Below the pieces are notes generated by a model, which saw nothing but the letters and a program-made list of their open reading frames with translations, did not search any database and was not told where the DNA came from. A stretch of DNA of 64,000 nt from the human T2T-CHM13v2.0 reference genome, Homo sapiens: the NCBI RefSeq assembly GCF_009914755.1, contig NC_060939.1; one strand, 5' to 3'. Both the position numbers and the translations under genes were made by a program. Below, in pieces: positions 14,700-27,260 of this stretch. The number at the start of each line of letters is the position of its first letter. Positions within the stretch are counted from its first letter, which is position 1.

Positions 14700-16010
14700 T
14701 TTCTAACCACACCTGGACTCAGGGCAGTTTGACAACCCTCAGTCCCCTTTTCGTTGCTCTTAAAAGATCAGTCTGAATATTTAAAATTCTCCTCAAAGCA
14801 CTTCATTACTTCCCTCACCTCCAAACATATGAGGCAAATGATCTTGCCTCCAAGACCATGGAGAAAAACAGCAGCTGTAAGATTAACAGTCCTTTATCAT
14901 TCCATTTCTCATTTTTAAACATACCCTTATTCTTCTATTCAGAGCTGACCCACTGTGCTCTTCATCCCATCATTTCCAAATCTTCCTGGATCTTGTTCAA
15001 TTGATTGTTCCTTTTCTAACCTGTATCTTCAATAACTTTTTCTATTTCTTAATTTATACACATATCTAAATGTCTCTCATCTTGAAACACTATATGACAA
15101 GAATACTAAATTGACTCATTCAATCTCACAGCAATTCTACGAGGTAGGCTATTTTAATCTCCATTTTATAGAAGAGGAAACAAAGGCACAGAGAGGTAAA
15201 GTAACTTGTCCAAAGTTACAAAGCTAGTAAGTGGCAGCTGGGGAACCAGGTGCCAGAAAGCAAGTTATTTTCCGCTACGAAATACTTAATCCCCAGGAAA
15301 GCTTTTCACATGACTTTGATTATTAATTATATGCTGATGATCTCTACCATCAATTTATCCAGTCTTGATTTAACCCTTTTTAGTGTCACTATCTTCTATT
15401 CTGAGATAACTTAATTTCAAGATCTCAAAAGACCTAGCCCCTATCTCTCCTCTCTCTGTACCTCCTACACAGTACTACAAAATACAAATCTATCCATTTT
15501 GCTTCTTTACTTTCAAACCTTCAAAAACTCCCCATTACTTACAGAATGGGGTCTCCAAACTCCTCAGCAAGGCACACAAGGCTCTTCACAACCTGCCCCC
15601 AAATTACCTTCTCACTCCTACCTCCTGCCACTACTTATATATATCATCTAGTCACACCAAATTATGAGAGGTATGTGCCATGTTTTGTCCCATCAATATA
15701 TTCCATATAGAATGTTCTCTCAGTTTGGAAAGTCATCTTGTCACTCTTGATGAATCATCATTCATCTGTTTCTACAACTGCCCATCCTGCTCCATCCCCA
15801 GGTAAAACTGATCTCTTTCTCTTCTTCTGTATTTTCACAACATTTGTTTAAAAAAAAAAAAACCTCTATCATAACAATATAATATTGTACTGTTACTCAT
15901 AATCTAGACTATGAGCTCTAATAAATCTGGGTCATTCTTTTATTGATAGTTATATCCCATACCCAGAACAGGGCACTGACTCAGAACACATTTGATGAAT
16001 GAATGGATGC
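14700..16010 (+). mobile_element. L2 fragments with a nested reverse MIR (about 15095-15260)
   Basis: L2 3' end tagactatgagctc...catttgatgaatgaatggatg; MIR core ccattttatagaagaggaaacaaaggcacagagagg. Confidence 0.7.
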
Positions 16011-19000
16011 AGCTCTTCTTTAATATTCAAAATCAATATGCCCTGGAAATGGAAAGATAAATTAATGCATCACAGGAGACATCATAATCTTAATTAATCA
16101 CTGTTTGCCTATGAAATGCCTCAACACTTAGCAATATACAAAGATATTTCTGTTTAAATATTAGTACAAGTATAGATCCTCTTTCTTGAAGTGCCAGTGA
16201 ACAAAGAACTCTAGCCTACACAAGCAATCTTTGAGGAAATAATAAAACATATCAAAGTAAAAAAAGGTCCGAAATATTAGGCCTACTACCAAGCCACAAG
16301 ACTTAAGCATGAATAGCCATCAAATTATAAATATTACCAGGTATCCACATGAACCAAACAGTGAAGTGTCAACCTGAATAGTTTCCCCAGCTACATTAAT
16401 TCCTACATGTATAAAATATTTGGCACTGGTATGACATAGCCATTTACCAAATGGTTTATCAAATTACATTTACAAATCACAAAGGCATCAGCTTGCATGT
16501 TCAACTGCGTATAAGTGTTAGGTAGATTGAAGCTGTTTCAGCTTCAAGTGTGGGAAGTGCATTGCTCAGTTTTGCTTGTAAGTGTAAAGATAAACTGGAT
16601 TAACTAGATCTTTAAAGAAAAATGCAACCAGAAAGCAGTGTGATTTCTACTATGCTTTAAATGGTTGTTTCCTTTGCAGGCACTTCCTCTTAACTCTATT
16701 GAGAAAAAAAAAATACACACTTTACAAAATAAGATGATGAGAGGAATGCAAAGCAGCACAGAAGAGAGTAATGATGAAATACCCCAGCAGTTTGGTTACT
16801 TAAGCTACAATAAGGTCAATTAAATTTGTCTTATTTCTTTAAAAACTGTTGAATGTCTCATTGAAAGTTTTTTTTCTAATTTATATTAAACTCCTCATAT
16901 CAACATTCTCTGGTTGCATTTAATAATATGAGTGGCCTTGAGTGATTCTGATCCTGAAGTTACCGTCTTGCTTATACTCTAAGTTCACACATGGGCTGGT
17001 CTAAAGTTCAGGGTTGAAAATAATTCAACTTTTAATACATGTAATGAAAAATTACACTTAAGTCAGTCACCAGAACACAAAAGCAACATTAATATTGCTG
17101 TTGTAGACTAAACAAAAGCAGGAATCATCAGTCTTTAAAACTTTTACTGTTTTTCTAGCCTCAAACAGGAAAAGCATTTTGGAAATATAGGGCTCATTAA
17201 AGAAGCCCTTTAAACTACTGTTGAAAATCAAGATTTTTTGCCTTATAGGTGGAACTCTAAGCAGAGAGATTTAATGACCATTTTTATTTACACTTGTCAG
17301 TATTTTAAAATTTTATACTCTAAAGAGAACAGCTGACATCTGACATTGCAAAGTTTGACACTGCAAAGTTCACACACAGTATGTCAAATCACTGGCAAGC
17401 CCAAGACACAAAAAGAGAAATGAAACTTTGATTTGTTAAGGAAAAAACTTATCATGTAAAGTTTACTTTTCTTCCTGCATCATCAAGTTTATATCTTTAT
17501 CTTATTTAGGAACCATGGCCTAAAACTAAAATGAATTAAAACTAATTAATTAAAAATAACACAAATATTAAATCACCAAAATAGATAAACAAAAGCAAAT
17601 CTCTAGGAATGTTTTTTTAAAAAAAACTCTGGAGCTTGAAAAAGAGCTATTTACATGCTTTCCTGCATTAACAAGAGGGCAGTAATAATGATGGCTTGTA
17701 TGACAATATTGTCTTTGTTAGTTTTGCCCCAACAGAACTAAAGATTTCCTGATTACAACTTTGTAATTTAAGTCAACTGTAAAGATTTCTGGGGAAGGGA
17801 AACAAAGAAGAGTCTGAGTGCCAGCATTTAAGTGGACTACATTACCTGAGTTTACTCTTCTGCATGGGACAGTGTAAATAAGAGGGGTTCCTACTTCTAC
17901 AGCCCACGCTAGGTCACGACCTGAACTCACTGTACTGGTATAAAAGAGAAAGTTGTGCTGGAATCTCCAATTTACACGCTTCTCTGCTTCACCTTCAGGA
18001 TCCTATAATCACATAGGGCCTTACAATGAAGTGTTCACTCTGTACTGTAGCTCATTGTCATGATTTTTAAACAGTTGCTTTTTTATTGTAATGAACCAAT
18101 TATGAGCCAGTCACTCAAGCAGTCATTAACAATAGATTTTTTAAATTGCATTTTTAACGAATTTTATTTTGGATAAAAGCCCTTAAAAGTACCTATGGCA
18201 AAGGGTAATCATACATTGAATTAACAGCAAAATCTGTTTAACAATGACTTGTCTTTTATTTACTACAACAAAATAAATTCTAGTGACAGTGTTAAAAAAT
18301 ATGACAGTGTCAGAGAAAAAAAAGGTTGGGGTGGGAGAAACTTGTATCCTACACTGCTAAAATAATTTAAATGAAAACATACCTTTTTTGCACTTAGTCA
18401 TCTTCTTGTTTTTCTTAATTTTAAAGTACAAACAAAATACTTTCTTATGAACACAGACTTTGATCTATATTTAGAAAATAATCAGACAGTAATATCTATA
18501 TTTAGAAAATAATCAGACACTAATATTTGATCTATAAGCTATTAACGATGTCAAATATAATAAAACAAGCTAAACTGAAAAAAGAAAACACACAAATTTA
18601 ATGCATTCATTCTAAAGATGAATATACAAGAGATGTTAAAAGTATTTTTTAAGCAAAATACTATAATATAAAAATTTTATTTCTCTCACAATAATTTCTA
18701 TGTATGTATGAATAGAAATGTCCTTGCTGAAAATAAACAGTAATTTTAATGAAAATTTGAATGAGCATAGTTGTGATTAGTCAGATATATAAATGTATCT
18801 TTTCTAGTTGACTGTTGAAACCTCGTATATTTATAAGTGCAGGTTTGAATTTTAACAGTGTATGTGAATATTTCCAATAACAGTGAAATAAAAATTAACA
18901 TTAAAATTTTACCCCATAAGCAAAACAATTTTTCATTAAAATTTCAAAGTAAAAAGAACTAAATTAAAACATTTATCTGTTAATACAGTACAATTCTGAA

Positions 19001-21290
19001 CTGCCTAAATTAATTTGCTACTATTAAATCATAATTAAGAACTCGCTATCCAGTGTGATTTAGTAAATCATTAATTAGAAATATTAAAGAATGCACAATG
19101 ATACTAGAAAAATTCTCTCTGGAGGTTAGACTGTCATACTCTGGTTGGGTTTTCAACTCTTTAATCTGTTAAAATCACTCACTCATGCAAAGATAAAAAT
19201 TATATACATATATATTCATACAAACATATATATAACCCATATATATACACCTATATATACATATACATGTATATGTATAGACATAGGTATGTGTGTGAGC
19301 AAGACTATTCCTAGAAAATTGTCAGTATACACTCCGATTTTGTTAAGAGAAAAAACTTTTTTGAATGTTCCAGGCTTTTAAACCCTCGTATTTTCTGCCT
19401 CAAGAATGCGCTGACTGAAAGTAAGAGGCTCGGCAGGAGGACTGTGCAGCCCCTGGTTAATTAATCTGCCGGCTGAATGACAGTGTGCCTAGGGGCATGG
19501 TGCTGGCATCTCACACCAGGTCCCAATATGCTTTAAGCCTTGGATAGCTACATTCTGCACACCAAGACTTTGCCCAACAAATAGCAAAAAGGCCTTCAGA
19601 GCCTTCCTTCTTCTGCCTGAGACATTCCATTTAATTAATGTAATCCCTTTTTATCTTAAAGTTTTAATAAATTTTGATGCAGAGGCATAATAAACATATC
19701 TATGCCCCTGAATGCAGTAACTAGTTGCTCTAACGATTTTCTTATATATCCAAAAGGCTTCTTTACGAGGCATAAAGAAAATGAATGTAAAACATGTTAC
19801 AACATGTTCAGAAATTCTCCAACATGCTACTTCATCTATTCAAAAAACCATATTTGTACAACCTGATGTTTAATGACTCTGGCAATTTCCATTTCACTGG
19901 GCTTAAAGTTTTTTTTATATCATAAAAATACAAATCATATGCCTACCCCAAAACACTTTAAAAATTACTAATACCTAATCTTGAGCAAGGTAGGGCTATT
20001 TTTTAGCAATAGGATACACATGACATTCTCCTAATCCCTTTTACTGCCGAACAAAACATCTTTCAAATCAAGATAAAATCGCTAAATCATGAATGTTAAT
20101 ATCATTCTGAGAAAAATAATACCTTATGACTAGAAAAGACCATCCCTTTAGGGAGAAATATTGTGTTAAAGTAGATTATTCTTTTAGTAGTGTAACAGAA
20201 TGGCTTCTACCTAGTCCCAGATGGAAAATCAAAATCTGCATTTAAATGGAAATATTTTTAAACATATAGGACAAAAGGCTAAAAACCATAAGGAATATCT
20301 ACTTCCTTTCATTTTAAAAATTCAAAACCCCATGTTAGAACTTTTAGGGAAGGCTTTGGCTTTCAGATTTTGTTTGTATGTTTGTTTCATTTTTATGAAG
20401 AGCTTGCCACACAATGTAATTTCACAGTTTTGTGATTAACACATAGTATTTGTGCCTATTATATCAAATTCACAAGTCAGATAAAAAAGCTGTGCTATAC
20501 AATTTTTACTATTACAAGAAACAGATTTATGATTTAGGCTTAGGAAGAGTTAAGAATGAGTCCTCTATTTTCTTCCCATTTTTAACCATCCTGTTTTATA
20601 TGTAATTCTTACAAGGCAAGAGCAGTTTGTTGAAATAAAATAAAACCTAAATTTCTTCAGCATTGACTCAAATCACCACTATGGTTAGAGAAAAAAGAAA
20701 GCAAAATGCTCGGCAATATTATAACTACTGCTCTTTGCGACCTGAAAGATTATTTTCAGTTCTTCAATAGTTAGAGCAATTTTCTTAAATCCTGAAGGAG
20801 CCTGACAGCACTGCACATTTCTTAATGCTTGCATTTACTTTTACATTATAAAACAATAAAACAGCAGGATAATGTTCATGCAGTTTAGAGACTTGTAACA
20901 TTATCACAAATAATTCTACTGTATTATGGCAAAACATAAGCTTTTTAAATGTAGGCTGACTAAAGAAAGGGCAATCTGTATTTATTGAAAGTACACAGAC
21001 AAATAAGATTGGAAATATAACTTAAATGTTGTACCTAGATTTAAAATAATGTTTGAAAAGGTTTGAAAAAACAAAATCTATGCTTAATATTTTTTTGTCC
21101 TAAATTAAAATACAATTAATTTTCAAGCATAGTGCTTAAGCAAGGGGAAAGCCTTCTTACTTATCTTTCTTTGGAGTATGTGACTTCTTTTGCTACCTCA
21201 GGAACCAGCCACATTAGGTAATTTAATCATTTTTCCTCAACAATGTTGTAAACCAAGAAACTTTACAACTACCAGCTTTAAAGATTCAGG

Positions 21291-21589
21291 TAGCTGGGCA
21301 TGGAGGCTCATCCCTATTGTCCCAGCACTTTGGGATGCCAAGGCAGGAGGACTGCTTGAGGCCACAAGTTTGAGACCAGCCTGAGCAACATAGCACGACC
21401 CTGTCTCTACAAAAAATTAAAAAATTAGCTAGGAATGGTTACGTGTTCCTGTAGTACCAGCTACTCAGGATGCTGTGGTGGGAGGATCTGAGCTCAGTAG
21501 GTTGAGGCTGCAGTGAACTGTGATGGTGCCACCACACTCCAGCCTAGGTAACAGAAGGAAATCCTGACTCTAAAAACAAAAACAAAAAA
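21291..21589 (+). mobile_element. AluJ
   Basis: Diverged dimeric Alu with J-type ggaggactgcttgaggcc. Confidence 0.9.
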
Positions 21590-22384
21590 CAGGTGTTTTG
21601 ATGATGGTCACATTTGACTATTGTATTACAAATAATGGGCCAGCCTGCAGAACTTTGTCGTATCATCTCCTTTCTGAAACCAGCCCACCTTCTAATCACT
21701 ATGCAGGTTCTGACATACATCTTTATTGCTGGAAGCTCTGTCCATTTTTGTATAGGAAATTATGGATTTCTTTATTTAAAAGACATAAAAGACATCTTAT
21801 TTAAAAGCATAACTGGAACAACTCCTGCATATGTATCAGGTAATTTTCCTACATTGAATAAGTAATTCATTTTAATTCAGTTGTCCATGATTCTTCTAGT
21901 GGTAACCATAGGGATGAGGAAGGATAAAAGCATTTCGATGCAGTAACCTGTTTCTCAGATTTATCCTGGGTACTCCATCCCTGCTCCCAACTCCCCACTC
22001 TTCACCTTGAACTCCAAAATTCCCAGCAGAAAATTTTTTCAACCATCATTTGGAGATAATATACCATGAAATTAAATCACCAAAAACCCTGATACATGTC
22101 ATCATTAGTCTACACTAAGTAGCAAACTAAATTAGGGAAGCTATATGTGAGACCATCACAGAAGATCCCAAACTCACAAATCTTTTAAACTCTTATGCCT
22201 TAAAATTGCCTAAATCAAAGAAAAGTGAGGAAACATGACAAATTAGGTTTTAAAAGAAAATATATGTCCCATCCTTGTGGATACTGGACTCAGAGCTAAT
22301 GTATGAAGAAACTGACTTTGAATCCCAAATATTCCTGTTCTAAATAAATGATACTCTTTTGCAAGAAACCAGAGTCTAAAACCT

Positions 22385-22540
22385 GACTACTCAAAATGCA
22401 ACCTCAGACCAGCGGCCTCAGCATCACCTGTGTACTTGTTAGAAAAATCTCAGGCTCCATCCAGACCAACTATATCAGAACCTGAATTTTTAATAAGATC
22501 CCCAAATGATCTGTTTGCATATTCAAGTTTAAGACTTTCT
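22385..22540. mobile_element. MER5A (hAT-Charlie MITE)
   Basis: cagcatcacctg...ttgttagaaa...ctcaggctccatccagacc...aagatccccaaatgatc. Confidence 0.8.
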
Positions 22541-24129
22541 AATCTAAGAGTTTATCTGGTTTCACAGCTTATTCTTCACCAAGAGACATAAAACAGTGAA
22601 GGGACAGAACAACCAGTGCTCATAAAAAGACATAAATATTACAGATGACCATAATCTAATGAAGGAGGGAAAAAAAGAGAAAATTTAACTTAAGCGTTTA
22701 AATTGGATCTAGATCTCTGTCTGCAATCTTTGTTTTTAACACCTGAAAATTCATTTACATGTGTATGTGCATACATACACACATGTGAGATGAAAGAGAA
22801 AAAGGAGAGGAAAAAAGTAGAATGCGAATGAGAGGAAAAAGAATAGGGGGAGAATGGAACCATGAAACTGTACATAGTGTGAATATGTACATGTGTTTAT
22901 AGCTGAAAAGTAGAAGAAACAAAGTAACCCAGCAGCTTGGAAAAGAGCAGCGATACTCCTCTCAACAACACTTGCACACACTCCTACTTATCCCCATGCT
23001 CAAGTCGGTGTAATAGCAGCGTTTTCATATCACTGACAAGAAACTACCAAGAGATTATCATTTAAAAAAAAAAGTGTCACAGAAGGAAATATTCCCTAAC
23101 TGCATCAAAAGTACAAACAAAAATAGAGAGAATTAGGTCTAAGAAACTAAAATGACCAAAAGAGAAAGGTATCATAATTCCAAGATGGTGATATATTATT
23201 TTGCAAAGTCTAAATAATGATTTAGTAATAATTACCACAAAATAAACATTATTTTATTCTTACAAATGAGCTATTATAATATTTAATCCAGTAACTAGGT
23301 TTAAAATAGTAGCACTATAGTTTTGTTTTGTTTTTAATGCCATAATAGAAACTGTCAACATTAATAATAAAAGTTCATAAAAAAGGGGAAGCATAAAGTA
23401 TTTTCTATGGGATATTTAGTGAACATAAAGTATTTTCTATGGGATATTAATGGGATAAAGTAGTGGTTTAAACCTGCAGTAATAATTTTCATAAAGTGAA
23501 ATATACCTAAAATCTTACGTTTCATATAAAAAATATGCCCAAAATGATTAAACTACTTTTACTAAGCCAATATTCTACCACCATTGATTTACTCACAGAA
23601 AATCAGAAATCATTTTTAAATGTTGCCAAACTTAATGATGCCAATAGAAAATAAGTCAGTTAATAGCCAGGAGCAGAAGAGTGTGGCTAGTTGGAAAACA
23701 GAACCTAGTAGAAAAAACAAGTTAAAATTAGCATTACATCTGTAACTGTTTAAAAAATAACATCTATGAATGTCTATACCTATATCTGTGTTCATCCACA
23801 TGGCACATTTTTAGTATAAAGTATACTAAAATCTAGCACACGAGGCCACTGGTCATCGATCTACTTTAGCCCCCTTAAATCCCTGGAAACTGACTTCTCA
23901 CAATAAGGGGAAAAAGTCACCTTATGCCTTGTATTACATGACTGAATTGCCCTAACATATATTTCTTTGGTTTTGTTCCAAGAAGAATATGCAGTCAAAA
24001 GATGGGCAGAATGCTGTTCCCACCTTGAGTTCACGAAATGCCAGGAATTATAAAAACAATTCCAAGTGAAGGTTTCAGATACATTAAAAAAAGACTTTGA
24101 ATTTTAAAATATAAATAATGAATTCAGAA

Positions 24130-24640
24130 GCAGGTGTATTATTTATAGAAATCAACTAGCCAATATGTTTCAATGGCCTTAAAAATAATCATATACTTTG
24201 ATCCATTAATTCTGCATCTGGAAATGCATCCTAAGGAATTAACTTTTTAAAATGTAGACAATAATTTATGGATCACATCAAAGTGCTATTATTTACAGTT
24301 AAAATTAGGTTCTACCTAATTTACAAAATTAGAGAATCATTAAAAAAATTATTATACAGGCACATGATAGAATATTAAGTAATCATTAAATTATCTTACT
24401 GAAGAGATTTTCACGGCATAGAAAAATGTTTCTGATAACTTTAAGTTTAAAAAAAGCAATGTACAAAGTACAGCAATACCACACACAGGTGTGTGCATCT
24501 ATGTGTGTATTAAATATATGTGCATGTATAAAAATACATCAAAATGTTAACTTGAAATGGTTGAATTTTGAGCAACATCTTCATATTTTTATACTTTCGT
24601 GTATTTTTTAAATTTAAAACATAATTTTTCTAAGTATCAA
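24130..24640 (+). mobile_element. Old L1M 3' fragment
   Basis: atactttgatccattaattctgcatctggaaatgcatcctaaggaa is L1 3'-like. Confidence 0.55.
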
Positions 24641-26669
24641 AGAAAATTAACAAAGAATTTAGACTATAAAAAACAAGGCAGGAAGAACATGGGTGAGTAC
24701 CCTGTAAGGTTACAAAGATACAATTCCACTGAATAAAGGAAGCATGTGCACCTATAAGAGAAGTACTAAAAACCCAGTTCCAGAAGAAAGAGCCAACTCT
24801 CTAAGAGGTAGAAGACAGATGAACATCAAAAATTAAAATAAAATAATGTAGAGAAGTCAGCTCTATTATAGTAACTAGAAAGCAAAAAGGATATCATCTA
24901 ATGCCAATGTTATTTTTACTATGCAAAAGTATCAAATAACTGCGGTAAATAATTTAAGAAAATAAATTACAACACCACTTAGTCTTAGGAGGCTTATTAC
25001 AAATCTTAACTATAAGGAAAGAAACTGGTTACTTTATCAAATCATAACAAAACAAACTTTATAGATCCTAACTTTGTTTTCTACAAAGTTGACAGATACA
25101 GAGACTACTATTTTCTCTTCCCAAACATAATTAAAGCATATCTTTAAGATGTCCAGATAATGAACATTATAACACTCGAATATATATATAATTGACAAGC
25201 TAAAAATCTTTTTATAAAGCAATATTTTAGCTATTATGTTAATAAGTAACTTATAACTTACATTTTTCCCTTAAATTTTCATAAAAGTCTTTTTCTTGGT
25301 TGCTAATGCTTCATAATCATTTCCATTTCAGACTGCTTGACTGATCAATTGATTCTAAGTCAATAACAACATGGAGTAAAGGGTTGGAAACTTTATAGTC
25401 ACACTAAATTTGTTATATAAAACCAGGAATCCAGCTAATAGCTGTGATTTGCATACATAGTAGGGACTCAGTAATTCTCAATTAACCATAAAGAAGAAAG
25501 CATCGATATAAATTTGGCACCTTATAACTATGTAAATAAAATCTTACAACTATGTAGAATCCTCACAAAGTTAGTTTTACCTATTATATAACATTGTTTT
25601 ATTTAAAATATTTGCAAGTAACAGTTTGAGAAGATGTATTACGCAAAATAGCATAAAGGAGCCATTTAAAGCTAAAGACAAAATTTCTACATAAGTATAA
25701 ATGCTCAAGAACATCTGAAAACAAGTCCCTTGATATTAGCCTAAAATTAAAATTTACGGAATGTTACCTAATCTTTGACAGAACCTAGTCAATGATAGCC
25801 CTAAAGAATATCTGATAAATAAGATGATGCTTCCTTAAATAAGGAGGGATGTCTCACTTTCCAAAGCAATTAATTTAAAAGAGGAAATAGTTTCTGATCC
25901 ATGATCTCAGGATACATTGAATTGGAAGTTTGATTTAATTTTAGTTCTGAATCATACGACTTCACTATGGCAAATACCATATAGTGTTACTTGTGGTGGA
26001 AGCACTAAAAAAACTATGTTTATATGTAATTATCTGCCCTCTATTGGGGAAGACCAGGGGAGAGAAACTTATCTCTGAAAAAATCCTATAAATTCTAACC
26101 CTGAACTGATAAACTGATAAATTATTTCAAGATATTAATCAAAATTATAAGCTAAGTGAAGAATTATAAGTCCCCAACAGGCCCAGATAGAGCAATACTG
26201 AGCCTTCAAAAAGACAGCATTTTTTGGAGAAACTTAGTAATACTGGCCAGACAAAGAAGGGCAGATGCCAAGTCATGAACAAGTAAGAAAAATATAGGGA
26301 ATGTGGAATATTTTTAGAAAAGCAAAGAATTCATCAAAAATAATTATGACTAATACATAGCAGTAACTTCCTGCCCTAAAACTCAGTGTTAAGTCTTTAA
26401 GACAGACACTGTGCTTTAATCACCTACATCTGTTGCCTTAATCAGCTACATCTTTAGCACTTAGAAAAATGCCTGAAACACACTAAGGTTAAAAAAAAAA
26501 AAAAGCTAATGTATCTTAACATTCTACAACTTACACAGCATGTGTAAACATTATAAATAATAGTTATATATTATAGCATGTGACTTCTTTTCCTCTCTTT
26601 CATTCATCATTTTACTGACGCTCAAAGGAAAAAGCATATAGAACAAAATCATCTGAAAAAGTTCATAGG

Positions 26670-27260
<591 letters not shown>

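Noticed and set aside
16527-16547. Perfect 9-bp hairpin ttgaagctg-ttt-cagcttcaa as a pre-miRNA or structured RNA
   Set aside because: The stem is too short, and such hairpins are expected by chance in 64 kb.
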